A stretch of 29,265 bases of DNA from a virus. Its lineage: Duplodnaviria > Caudoviricetes. Numbering within the stretch: the first letter of the stretch is position 1; each line of letters opens with the position of its first letter. The DNA lies in IMG/VR virus record IMGVR_UViG_3300037465_000219, positions 1-29,265 of that record. The stretch is one strand, 5' to 3'. This document shows positions 1 through 8,552 of this stretch, in pieces. Both the position numbers and the translations under genes were made by a program. The notes below the pieces were generated by a model. It made no database searches. It was not told where the DNA came from and saw nothing but the letters and a program-made list of their open reading frames with translations.

Positions 1-392
1 ATAATATTGATATTTCTTCCTCCATGCTTTTGATTGGCTAAAGGGTCAAATTTCCATTTACCTATTTTTAAAAGCGGTTCGTCCCTTTTTGATTTAATGA
101 TGACATAAGGAACCATTGTGATTAATACAAGGCCCATCACCAACCAGAATGTATAACCAGCTCTGGAAGCAAAATAAAATGATTGGCCCCAGGTAGGTTT
201 TATAGTTGCCCATTCCTGGTAATAGTATTCGGTTCTCATTTCAGGATTACCGAATTGATTCAGTTTACCTGTTGGCGCCTGCCGCCATTCCTGCTTATCG
301 CTTTTTGAAAAATTTGTAGTTGAATCATCAGGAGATGAACTGCAGGAGACGATCATAAAAGATAACAGAATTAAATAAGATAAATTTTTCAT
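1..392 (-). CDS. Lipoprotein with downstream TM segment, 3'-truncated by the window edge (possible second spanin-like/lysis protein)
   Basis: Hand translation, absent from the ORF track: MKNLSYLILLSFMIVSC-SSSPDD...GYTFWLVMGLVLITMVPYVII...; open to base 1; ATG overlaps the TGA of the upstream gene (ATGA). Confidence 0.7.
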   Translation of the reverse strand, partial: MKNLSYLILLSFMIVSCSSSPDDSTTNFSKSDKQEWRQAPTGKLNQFGNPEMRTEYYYQEWATIKPTWGQSFYFASRAGYTFWLVMGLVLITMVPYVIIKSKRDEPLLKIGKWKFDPLANQKHGGRNINI

Positions 393-913
393 GGCTGAGT
401 ATTTTTTGGTTTAAAAAAATTGATTCTTCCTGATAGCTTGTTAAGCAACACACTTATAATAATTATAATGACCGCAAACAGGATTAATTGCCCGGTAGGT
501 AAAACAACCGTTGAGCTGTCCAAAGATTTTTTTTGACTACTTGCCGACAGGCTGTCGTATCTCTCTCTCCAATAGTTGTCATATTTCACCGCTTCACCCT
601 CTTCTTTTTGTTTTCCGGTTTCCTGTATAATCACAGAAGGCTGCTGTGGGTAATAATTATTTACCGTGATGTTTGTGTCTCTTGGAGGATAGATGAATGT
701 TGTCCTGGTATAGTCGCTTTCCTTTTTATATTTACTGCTGTCAACACTTACCGCTCCTTCTTTTGATTTTGATACTGAAGTACTATCATTGACTGATTTA
801 TCAATCTTACGAAGTATCTTGCAGCTACTGCAGAAGCCGATTACCAACAAGCAAATAGCCAGGCAAAACAAAAAGCTAACGACTACATCAAGTATTGAAT
901 GCAGCTTCTTCAT
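389..913 (-). CDS. Putative unimolecular spanin-like protein (N-terminal lipoprotein signal + C-terminal TM)
   Basis: Hydrophobic N-terminus ending CSSC; polar S/T/K-rich middle; C-terminal LILFAVIIIIISVLL followed by a basic tail; follows holin-like genes. Confidence 0.6.
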   Translation of the reverse strand: MKKLHSILDVVVSFLFCLAICLLVIGFCSSCKILRKIDKSVNDSTSVSKSKEGAVSVDSSKYKKESDYTRTTFIYPPRDTNITVNNYYPQQPSVIIQETGKQKEEGEAVKYDNYWRERYDSLSASSQKKSLDSSTVVLPTGQLILFAVIIIIISVLLNKLSGRINFFKPKNTQP

Positions 914-1155
914 TGTTGACCTGTATTATTTTTACTATCCACTTCGCTTTTGCTGCTCCCGAAGAAATACCCTGCAACCCCGCCTAACAAACCGCCAAAC
1001 ACAAAACCAATCGCCGTCAGCACTACATCCTTGTTGCCATGCGGTATCTCTTTTATCTGTAACAGATATAGCAAAATGAAACACCCTACCACGGTAAGCA
1101 CCGCCAGAATGTTCCTGATTTCAGTTGTCCCTATTTTCTCGAAGATTTTTTTCAT
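910..1155 (-). CDS. Holin-like small membrane protein (2 TM)
   Basis: 81 aa, two hydrophobic segments, ends GYFFGSS plus a charged tail; lysis-cassette position. Confidence 0.6.
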   Translation of the reverse strand: MKKIFEKIGTTEIRNILAVLTVVGCFILLYLLQIKEIPHGNKDVVLTAIGFVFGGLLGGVAGYFFGSSKSEVDSKNNTGQQ

Positions 1156-1333
1156 GGTTTCTTTTTTTGTGTTGAATATATTTATACACGTTCAGTGCAG
1201 CGGTTGATAATCCGGCAACTGCTGTGCAGACAAGAGCTACATCACTAAGCGTTATGGAGCTAATACCGAGCAGTATTCCCGTAAGGATGAAGCCCATCCA
1301 ATCGCCTGTTTGTCCATTCATATTGTCGGCCAT
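1121..1333 (-). CDS. Holin/antiholin-like small membrane protein
   Basis: 70 aa, two hydrophobic stretches and a strongly basic C-terminus (YKYIQHKKR). Confidence 0.55.
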   Translation of the reverse strand: MADNMNGQTGDWMGFILTGILLGISSITLSDVALVCTAVAGLSTAALNVYKYIQHKKRNHEKNLRENRDN

Positions 1334-1345
1334 TTTATCAGTGTT

Positions 1346-1786
1346 TTAATCCTCGCTTATATCTAATGCCCCCACTGCAAACTCTGGCGTTATGCCGTTG
1401 CTCACTGCCAGCGATGCACTAAGTGCACCTTTGTACAGAATTTTACCGGCACCGCTGCTTGCTGTACCTACGGCAAAATGTGTAATGGTATTGCTGCCTG
1501 ATGTACATTGTGGAAATGTAATTGCGGCAGCATTTTCTACTGCGTTGGCAGTTACTGTCCATCCGCCTGAGCTTCGCACTACAGCTACCCTTGCATACCC
1601 CGTATAGGTTGCCTCATTGGTTGTTTGGTCACCAGTTTCACCGGGATCAGCCGTATGAAGACTTACATACAGGTTACCAGCGGCAGTGCTGCCACGCAAT
1701 CCGGTGGCGTCGCCGATATTAGCTGCATCCAGATTCTGGAAAATCAGCTTCATTAAGTCATTTTCAAAAGTGTTTGCTTTACTCAT
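1346..1786 (-). CDS. Phage tail/fibre-associated structural protein (LHTADPG...E..Y.GYARVAV family)
   Basis: Recognisable phage motif LYVSLHTADPGETG...NEATYTGYARVAV...ITFP; start placed at MSKANTFEN (1786) rather than the track's 1822, which overlaps the upstream gene. Confidence 0.7.
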   Translation of the reverse strand: MSKANTFENDLMKLIFQNLDAANIGDATGLRGSTAAGNLYVSLHTADPGETGDQTTNEATYTGYARVAVVRSSGGWTVTANAVENAAAITFPQCTSGSNTITHFAVGTASSGAGKILYKGALSASLAVSNGITPEFAVGALDISED

Positions 1787-1796
1787 GGTAAATTTT

Positions 1797-2069
1797 TTAT
1801 TCGTTAGGTTGTAAAAACTCAATTCTTACCTTCTCACTATATCCTTTCTTCCCGCTTTTTTCAAAATATGCCTGAAAGCTCCATACGCCGCTTTGGTCAA
1901 TAGTTCCTTCCTGCAATTGGTAACTGATCACCGATCCTGTAATTGTTCCTGGCCAAAAACCAACAGCCGCATCCGGTTTCTTATAAAGAATTTTAGGATT
2001 TGTAGCACCTGTCAAATCATAATTTGTATCCAGTTCAATTATCAATAATGTTTGTCCCTTATAAATCAT
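1797..2069 (-). CDS. Small beta-rich tail protein, BppU N-terminal-like domain
   Basis: DLTGAT...ILYKKPD...ISY....GTIDQSGVWSFQAY pattern resembles BppU_N-type adaptor domains; tail fibre cluster. Confidence 0.5.
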   Translation of the reverse strand: MIYKGQTLLIIELDTNYDLTGATNPKILYKKPDAAVGFWPGTITGSVISYQLQEGTIDQSGVWSFQAYFEKSGKKGYSEKVRIEFLQPNE

Positions 2070-2071
2070 GT

Positions 2072-3727
2072 CTATGCGATTAAATCCTTTACAGGAGCTT
2101 TTATAATAACCTTATCAACTGTTTTGCTTAATTCGTTTACGATTGTTCTCACAGGTGATGATAATGAGATCTTCTTGCCCCCGATACTCACGGCTATATT
2201 CGCCTGGCTTGTTGCAGTTATGTTTGCTGACAATCCTCCTGAACCGGTAAGTAATCCATTTACTCCCGCTGATCCACCCGCATTCCCATCAATTATTCCA
2301 TTGCCATTAAGAGTTCCACTTGCAGTTGAGGCTCCTGTTATGTCACCGGAAATACTGTTTCCTCCGCCTCCCGATCCGCTCAATGTACCAGACACATTTG
2401 CGTTACCCGTAACGACTCCGTTTAACTGTCCATTTCCGTTTAAGTAGCCAATAAGCGATGCGGCTCCGTCTGATAAAGCCTGTAAGTTTCCTTTAGCAGT
2501 TAGTATTCCATTTATTGATGCTGCGCCTTGAGTATTTCCTTCAGCTTGGCCATCTGCAAACAGAACACCCGAACTTGATCCGGCTCCGGTTATTGAACCG
2601 TTAACGCTTCCTTTGGCAGTTAGTGTTCCGTTTGAGCCGCTATTACATGATGTGTTGCCAACGATTTGAATCTTTCCTGACAACTCACCGCTTGCTGCAG
2701 CTGATCCATTTATTGCAGCACTCAACTCTCCACTTCCGGTTATAGCAGCATTTGTTGCAGCAAGTCCATTACTGTTTCCGTTGATATTTGCTAACGCCTG
2801 CATAAATGCAGCTGCACTTGCCACCCCATTACTATTACTGTTTAAAGAGCCCTTTCCCGCTATTGCAGCTGATGTTATAGCCTGTCCGTTGGTATTACCC
2901 AATACATTAATCTTGCCCTGTGCAGTTCCGCTTAATGATGCAGCTGCTGAAATTAATCCGGCCAGCAATCCCTTGCCTATTATTGCTCCGGCTACCGTTG
3001 CAGCCGCATTTATATTACCTGAAAGACCTATAGAAATTTCCCGAAGTCTCAGCATTACAGTTGCACCTGCCGGTGCATTGGTACCTGATCCTGATGCAGT
3101 CATTGTATAAACAGGAGCTGCGCTGCTTTGTCCGCTGCTTACATTATGATCGCTGACAACCAAAGCGCAATCCTGTCCCGTATTGGTTCCGCTATCTTGT
3201 CTTTCGTTAGCCGCACCGAATGTTACGCCTGTTGCACTGATTGCCTGGCCTGAGAAGGTATATGTATCAGCGTTAATTGCACTACCAACAATGACCATAT
3301 CATTAGCTGCAATTCCAGGATCAACATTGCCCGTTGCGCTCCAGCTTGTGCCTGGGCTATTGTCCGCTGCCAGACAACTACTATAATCCCATTCTTTATC
3401 CGCAGCTTTTATATATCGAAACATTCTACCTACGGAACTGTTACCGCTTGTAATTGTTACTGATAAATTGCCGCTTTCGCTTCCAGTCGCTTCTTTAATA
3501 AATATGGTGCAATAGATTTGTCCTGAATCAATCCCATTTGAACCGCTACCACCGCTTGCCTGTGCCACAAACGTCCAACCGCTCGGAGTGGATGGACTAT
3601 TGATAGGATATTTATTGGCAATAACAAGAACAAGCATATCTCCTGCCGCAATGCTTGCCGGATATGGCACCGACAGACTCGATGAGCCTGTCGCCACTGT
3701 TCCTGCTGTTCCAAATGCTATTGCCAT
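2072..3727 (-). CDS. Tail fibre/fibril-like protein with about 14 x 20-aa G/A/S/N-rich repeats
   Basis: N-terminal beta domain (SLSVPYPASIAAGDMLVLVI...PSGWT) then a 20-residue periodic region. Confidence 0.7.
   Translation of the reverse strand: MAIAFGTAGTVATGSSSLSVPYPASIAAGDMLVLVIANKYPINSPSTPSGWTFVAQASGGSGSNGIDSGQIYCTIFIKEATGSESGNLSVTITSGNSSVGRMFRYIKAADKEWDYSSCLAADNSPGTSWSATGNVDPGIAANDMVIVGSAINADTYTFSGQAISATGVTFGAANERQDSGTNTGQDCALVVSDHNVSSGQSSAAPVYTMTASGSGTNAPAGATVMLRLREISIGLSGNINAAATVAGAIIGKGLLAGLISAAASLSGTAQGKINVLGNTNGQAITSAAIAGKGSLNSNSNGVASAAAFMQALANINGNSNGLAATNAAITGSGELSAAINGSAAASGELSGKIQIVGNTSCNSGSNGTLTAKGSVNGSITGAGSSSGVLFADGQAEGNTQGAASINGILTAKGNLQALSDGAASLIGYLNGNGQLNGVVTGNANVSGTLSGSGGGGNSISGDITGASTASGTLNGNGIIDGNAGGSAGVNGLLTGSGGLSANITATSQANIAVSIGGKKISLSSPVRTIVNELSKTVDKVIIKAPVKDLIA
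2177..3028 (-). repeat. Degenerate 60-bp / 20-aa tandem protein repeat (about 14 units)
   Basis: e.g. GLSGNINAAATVAGAIIGKG / LLAGLISAAASLSGTAQGKI / NVLGNTNGQAITSAAIAGKG / QIVGNTSCNSGSNGTLTAKG / QAEGNTQGAASINGILTAKG. Confidence 0.75.
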
Positions 3728-3733
3728 TTTTAT

Positions 3734-4195
3734 TTAAAGTTTTCCCTGTGCGTCTTTTTTACCAGCCTGTCTTATTGCGGTTCGGTCATTGGCATCAGTA
3801 CCATCCAATGCGCTCAGCCTTTCAATCAATGGCTGGTATCCAGCTGCTGCAGAATCAACTCCGGCTTTTATTTCGTTCCACTGAGTGGATATCAGTCTAT
3901 GTGGCATTTGCCTCACAAAAGATGATAGTTTAAATACTGTTTCAGCATCCGTCTGCACGGTTACAACTGTGCTGCCGGTTGGCGGGTTCGGAACATTGGC
4001 TTGCCTGTACCACTTTCGTCCCAGGTCTTTTAAATCATCATCGCCGGTTGTCAGTAGTAAGCCATTCAGGAAATACATGGTATTAGCCTGGAAGGACAGT
4101 GTTACCCTTGTTGTATCGGCTTGCTGCGCCTGCGCAGTAAAAAAACGTGTTGAGAGAAAAATTAAAAAAGTAAAAAGTGCAATGTTTTTTTTCAT
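3734..4195 (-). CDS. Exported hypothetical protein (Sec signal peptide), possibly partner/chaperone of the upstream fibre
   Basis: MKKNIALFTFLIFLSTRFFTAQA|QQ: basic-hydrophobic-AQA signal followed by Gln. Confidence 0.7.
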   Translation of the reverse strand: MKKNIALFTFLIFLSTRFFTAQAQQADTTRVTLSFQANTMYFLNGLLLTTGDDDLKDLGRKWYRQANVPNPPTGSTVVTVQTDAETVFKLSSFVRQMPHRLISTQWNEIKAGVDSAAAGYQPLIERLSALDGTDANDRTAIRQAGKKDAQGKL

Positions 4196-4205
4196 GACTA
4201 TGAGT

Positions 4206-5864
4206 TTAAAATTTTATAACAGTAACATTATATGTTGCTGAAGGAAGGTCTATCGTTCCGCCGCTTACGTTTTGGAATCTAACAGAGACGGTATTGGTTG
4301 CCGATACCGTTCCGATGTACAATTCACCGTTGGATGACGAACCGTCTGATTTAGACACAAGTACATGTTCTCCAATAACAGCACCCGTCACAGTGACATT
4401 AAGTACTGAGCTGGATAGGTTTCCTGTACTTGGAAAATCTAACACTGCCGTCGTCTTTATTTTATCAGTAGTCCATGCGGGAACACCAGCTTGTACTGTG
4501 AGCACCTGTCCATTAGTTCCAATCGGCAGTCTGGTAAAAAAACCAGAGGCATCCCTGTAAAATATATCCGAAGTTGCGTCGCTTCCAAGATTGAAACTTA
4601 CAGTTCCATCGTGTGTAAATTTTGCTCTCGGTGTCTTTGTAAAAAACATTACACTGTCGCCGATATATACACGTCCGCTGTCCGCTTGTATTGCATAAGT
4701 TTTGGCTCTCCATTCTGGGTCATTAGGAGTGCTGGCTACAAGTTTCAAAGCGATCTGATCATCGGTAGGCGAATTGCTCGTATTAACGCCACAATACATC
4801 CGAATTCGCAGGCCGGTATTATATGCCTGGTTTGAGGAATTCACCATCTCTATAGTGCCCCCTACACTTTTCTGATTGGTAGCAGCATTTCTTAACAATA
4901 AATCAAAACCTTGCCCTGACACATTATTAAAGGGAGTCACGTCTCCGTACGATTGGGCTCTTGTGTTTGTTGAAGGGTCATAATCTCCCATTTTTAATAT
5001 CGTACCACCCGGTACTCCATAATGATATGGATTACCCGTGCCGCTTAAAATAAATCCATCCTGTCTGAATACTGCGTTTAGGGTACCGGCGTTGTATGAG
5101 TTTTCTGTGCTAATCCAAAAAACTCTTGGCGTGGAGGCTAATTGATCATAAGTGTACAGATAGGTATTAGCTTTCAGATAACCGATGCTCGTTTGAGGAC
5201 TTGTAGCTGCATCACCAAATTGTAATTTTGATGTCCCGTTATAAGTTAATCCATTCTGAACATCCCCACTCGTAACAATAATTTGCCATGATGAATTGCT
5301 GTAGCCTTTTAAGCGGTTAGAAACATTGTTGTAATAAATCATACCATTAACTCCCGTTGGGTCAGAAGATAACGAGCCTGTTCGTATCGCACTGTCCGTT
5401 CTGATCTGTCCAGCCGTCCAAAGCCTGGCAGACTGAGCCGTTGCAAACTGGTTTTGTATAGCATCGGAAATTCCATATCCTGCCAAAGAGCTTGGTGTTC
5501 CTGTAATCTTACTCCACGCAAGTGAACTAACCCATGATGGATCGGCATAACTCTGTGATAAACGAGGGTAATATGATTGATAGTCAGCTTCAGTCGCAGT
5601 TACATCCCCTGTTCTTGTGAACACACTTGTTACCGGTACACTGATGTTAATTGTTCTGCCCACAACAAATTTGTAAATAGCATCGGCTGTCATCAAACTT
5701 CTAACTCTGCCACTCAGATTGCTCGTATCATTTTTAACTGTATCAATCCACCTGTCTCGTAAATAAACGCCTTGCCTGGCAACTATCCTGTTACCGGTTA
5801 AGGTCTGCGCAAATGCGCTGCTAACCGATAAAAGCATGAATGAGATAAATAGTAATTTCTTCAT
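4206..5864 (-). CDS. Tail-fibre-like protein carrying a Sec signal peptide
   Basis: MKKLLFISFMLLSVSSAFA|Q; fibre-type motifs VTSVFTRTGDVTA, WSKITGTPSSLAGYGISDA, GMIYYN, TRLPIGTNGQVLTVQAGVPAW. Confidence 0.75.
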   Translation of the reverse strand: MKKLLFISFMLLSVSSAFAQTLTGNRIVARQGVYLRDRWIDTVKNDTSNLSGRVRSLMTADAIYKFVVGRTINISVPVTSVFTRTGDVTATEADYQSYYPRLSQSYADPSWVSSLAWSKITGTPSSLAGYGISDAIQNQFATAQSARLWTAGQIRTDSAIRTGSLSSDPTGVNGMIYYNNVSNRLKGYSNSSWQIIVTSGDVQNGLTYNGTSKLQFGDAATSPQTSIGYLKANTYLYTYDQLASTPRVFWISTENSYNAGTLNAVFRQDGFILSGTGNPYHYGVPGGTILKMGDYDPSTNTRAQSYGDVTPFNNVSGQGFDLLLRNAATNQKSVGGTIEMVNSSNQAYNTGLRIRMYCGVNTSNSPTDDQIALKLVASTPNDPEWRAKTYAIQADSGRVYIGDSVMFFTKTPRAKFTHDGTVSFNLGSDATSDIFYRDASGFFTRLPIGTNGQVLTVQAGVPAWTTDKIKTTAVLDFPSTGNLSSSVLNVTVTGAVIGEHVLVSKSDGSSSNGELYIGTVSATNTVSVRFQNVSGGTIDLPSATYNVTVIKF

Positions 5865-5865
5865 A

Positions 5866-6336
5866 TCAGGTCATTTTAATTTTTCTCTTTATAAACAGCA
5901 CTTTGGTGGTGTTAGGAATACCGGCTAAATACAGGTTAGTGTTTGCTTCAGCTACCAGGTTCAGTTCAATCGGCCTGTTCCATCCGTTGGCTATATCAGT
6001 TTCTGGCAGCACATCTTCATTTCCGTTTGCAACCAGGCTTAGCTTTAGTGTGCCTGCAGAACCGTATTTGCAAAGAATCTTCTCAAGTAAATAACCGGCA
6101 GGTATTACATACACTGCATCTGCATCATAGCTTATCAGCTCTCCTTGTTCAAATCCATCAAGTGCTGCCTGTTCAGCTTTTGCCGTTAGGGCTGCCGTCA
6201 ATCCTGTCACATTAGCAATTGCAATTCCATCATTAACATGAAAGAAACTGTCTATCCAATCCCAAAACTGCTGCTGTGTCGGATAATCTCCCGTTTCAAA
6301 CCATTGCTTTAACTGATCTCTTGTCTGTACAGGCAT
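5866..6336 (-). CDS. Short fibre-anchor-type protein (LKxWFETGDxPTQxQFWxWIDSF motif)
   Basis: N-terminal motif QLKQWFETGDYPTQQQFWDWIDSFFH recalled from the N-termini of Bacteroidota phage and contractile-injection-system fibres, followed by IANVTGLTAAL. Confidence 0.65.
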   Translation of the reverse strand: MPVQTRDQLKQWFETGDYPTQQQFWDWIDSFFHVNDGIAIANVTGLTAALTAKAEQAALDGFEQGELISYDADAVYVIPAGYLLEKILCKYGSAGTLKLSLVANGNEDVLPETDIANGWNRPIELNLVAEANTNLYLAGIPNTTKVLFIKRKIKMT

Positions 6337-6338
6337 CG

Positions 6339-7151
6339 TTATAATTTCATAATGATTAAAACCGTATAATACGGAGGTCTGTTTTCGTGCGCCTGACCGC
6401 CACCCACACTTTGTATAGCTCCGGACGTATTGAGGCTCGGCTCACCGGCAGAGCTGTCGGGATTATTTACAGTATCATTACCCCCGGATGTAATCTTTAG
6501 CAATTGGTTAAATGATCCATTGGCATGATTATGTGCAGGTATTTCCGTAATTGAAAGCGTATGCGTTTTTTCGCCGCCTGTATCACCAATCGCATCATAG
6601 TCCGCATCGCCAGGATCATATCCTGCCAAAAACTTCCCCCGCAGATCAGGCGTTCCATTCTGACCGTTACAGATTGCCCAGCCAACTCTTTTATTTATCC
6701 CTTTTCCGGTTCCGTCAAAATTTGCAGTAATGTAAGCAGCATCACACTTTACATTTTTCAGATCACCGCTTTGCCATATTTCATTATAAGTTCCGGGCCG
6801 CAGCAGGTCGTTGTAATTAAAAGCAGCAGGGCTGCCAAACCTTGCCTGCTTTATGTATTTTACTTCCTTACTATTGCCATCCTGGAAGGTCAGGTTTGAT
6901 GCAATGGTTTCAATAATGCAATCTCCGGTTCCTATTGTGCCGCCAACGAAAGGCATCAGCTCTCCGTTAATGGCAATCCAGCCATCAGTCACACTACCGC
7001 CGCTTTCACTCATTCCGCTTACGATTACCTTATCTCCAATCATCAGCGCAAGAGCCGCAAGGCTATTCCGGTAACTATCCTGCATAGTGGCCAGCACATC
7101 CTGCGTCAATGGAAAGCCGCCAAGTTTGGTAAAATCAAATCTTTGATTCAT
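6339..7151 (-). CDS. Tail collar domain baseplate/short tail fibre protein
   Basis: GWAICNGQNGTPDLRGKF, GGEKTHTLSITEIPAHNH, GGGQAHENRPPYY..IIMKL collar motifs. Confidence 0.85.
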   Translation of the reverse strand: MNQRFDFTKLGGFPLTQDVLATMQDSYRNSLAALALMIGDKVIVSGMSESGGSVTDGWIAINGELMPFVGGTIGTGDCIIETIASNLTFQDGNSKEVKYIKQARFGSPAAFNYNDLLRPGTYNEIWQSGDLKNVKCDAAYITANFDGTGKGINKRVGWAICNGQNGTPDLRGKFLAGYDPGDADYDAIGDTGGEKTHTLSITEIPAHNHANGSFNQLLKITSGGNDTVNNPDSSAGEPSLNTSGAIQSVGGGQAHENRPPYYTVLIIMKL

Positions 7152-7170
7152 AAAAATTCATTCTTCCTTT

Positions 7171-7207
7171 TCCCCTCTCTATTTATGGAGAAGGGCAGGG
7201 GGTGAGG
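7171..7207. repeat. REP-like palindromic element (CCCCTCTC..GGAGAAGGG..GGGGTGAGG type), copy 1
   Basis: tcccctctct atttat ggagaaggg cagggggtgagg abutting the stop codon at 7208-7210. Confidence 0.6.
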
Positions 7208-7696
7208 CTATACTCTTTCTATCTTATAGCGTTTACCCGCCAGTTTAAAAATGTTCACCAGGCTGCGCATTTCGCTTTCATCGAAAACAATATCCAGTGG
7301 AACTTTGATAACAAAATCATCTCTCAGCTGACCGGCTTCCCCATTGGTAAAAATGAAAATCGGCTGTGATTCTGATGCCGTGTATAACCACTGAGGCTGC
7401 AATTCCGCTTGCTGAAATATGAAAACAGGGCCATACCACACTGCATCTTCAATCTCAATTCTTCGCTGCACATAATCGAACCGGTCACGCAGCAGTCTCT
7501 CCAGGTAGCAAACCTGCGGTGTTATCATCAGGTCATATAGCTTAGCTTCCCTGAACTTCAGCAGGCTTTGAAACACCTGGTTGCCCGCATACATCAGCGC
7601 ATATAAAAGAGCTAAAAATTTCAGCTTCCTCCTTCGCCTCGGTGTATTCCATCTCACCAGCTTTTTAAAATCTATATTGTAAAAATTGCTAAACAA
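7208..7696 (-). CDS. Baseplate wedge protein (P2 gpI / Mu gp48-like)
   Basis: Lies between the J-like and collar genes; QVCYLERLLRDRFD...IEIED and C-terminal FKLAGKRY pattern. Confidence 0.7.
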   Translation of the reverse strand: MFSNFYNIDFKKLVRWNTPRRRRKLKFLALLYALMYAGNQVFQSLLKFREAKLYDLMITPQVCYLERLLRDRFDYVQRRIEIEDAVWYGPVFIFQQAELQPQWLYTASESQPIFIFTNGEAGQLRDDFVIKVPLDIVFDESEMRSLVNIFKLAGKRYKIERV

Positions 7697-8552
7697 CTTT
7701 CGGTACCCATTGAATGGTTAAATCAACATTGTAATCCGGTATGCGCAGGTAACCGGCATCCGGAGTATACTCATCAATGATCTCGGCATAAGGCAGCGCA
7801 CCATATCTTGCCTGTGCACTGATCAGCTTCGGGTCTTCCACACCATCCACAGCCTGCAGTTTGTCAACAAATGCCGTCAGGTTAAACTTTCCATTGAAAG
7901 GAAGTTTTTTCAAATGCTCTTTAATCGCATCCTGCACGGGATCGGCATTTGTTCCATCCAGCCGCTGGCCCTGGTTATTTAGCACCAGCGGATCATAATA
8001 AATCTTCAGACTTATCTTCAGATCATCCGGATTTCCGCTGGTAATAAGTAATCCTACTCCGGCGTCTTTCACCGCCTGCATGTATTGTGTAAATGCACTC
8101 AATTGCGGAGCACTCAACGGCGCAAGATCATCGCCAGTAATGGTTGCAGCCTTTATCCGAAGGCCAAACCGGTTAGTGCTTATTTCCTGCTCTACCACAG
8201 CCGCATGTTTTATTATCAGGCTGGCATCAATCTGTGCCTGCGTTAATGCGCTGTTATCATAGTAGTCTGTTTCATCTACCAGGGGATAACCATATTGAAA
8301 GAGCTTTGCCTTTTCAGCATACCACCGGAGGCTGTGCGGCTTCATCTTACTGATGATGTCATTTACTTCCAGCTTTAGCTGGTCATACAATTGCTCAATG
8401 GTTGCCATTACAACAGCCACAACATAAAAGATCAGCCGTTGTATGTTGGTCTGGCTCCAGTTGGCCGGAATCACAGTAACACCCACCGCTGCCATTTCGA
8501 TAACATACCTGTTGGTAAGCTCTGTGTATATTTCATCAGTAGTTCTTGCCAT
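7689..8552 (-). CDS. Baseplate J-like wedge protein
   Basis: MART..EIY start, PHSLRWYAEKAKLFQYG, VKDAGV, DKLQAVDGV; position in baseplate cluster. Confidence 0.75.
   Translation of the reverse strand: MARTTDEIYTELTNRYVIEMAAVGVTVIPANWSQTNIQRLIFYVVAVVMATIEQLYDQLKLEVNDIISKMKPHSLRWYAEKAKLFQYGYPLVDETDYYDNSALTQAQIDASLIIKHAAVVEQEISTNRFGLRIKAATITGDDLAPLSAPQLSAFTQYMQAVKDAGVGLLITSGNPDDLKISLKIYYDPLVLNNQGQRLDGTNADPVQDAIKEHLKKLPFNGKFNLTAFVDKLQAVDGVEDPKLISAQARYGALPYAEIIDEYTPDAGYLRIPDYNVDLTIQWVPKVV

Noticed and set aside
2072-7151. Diversity-generating retroelement or invertible fibre cassette (Mu G-segment-like)
   Set aside because: No reverse transcriptase, invertase, duplicated variable/template repeat or flanking inverted sites seen by eye; all fibre genes are co-oriented
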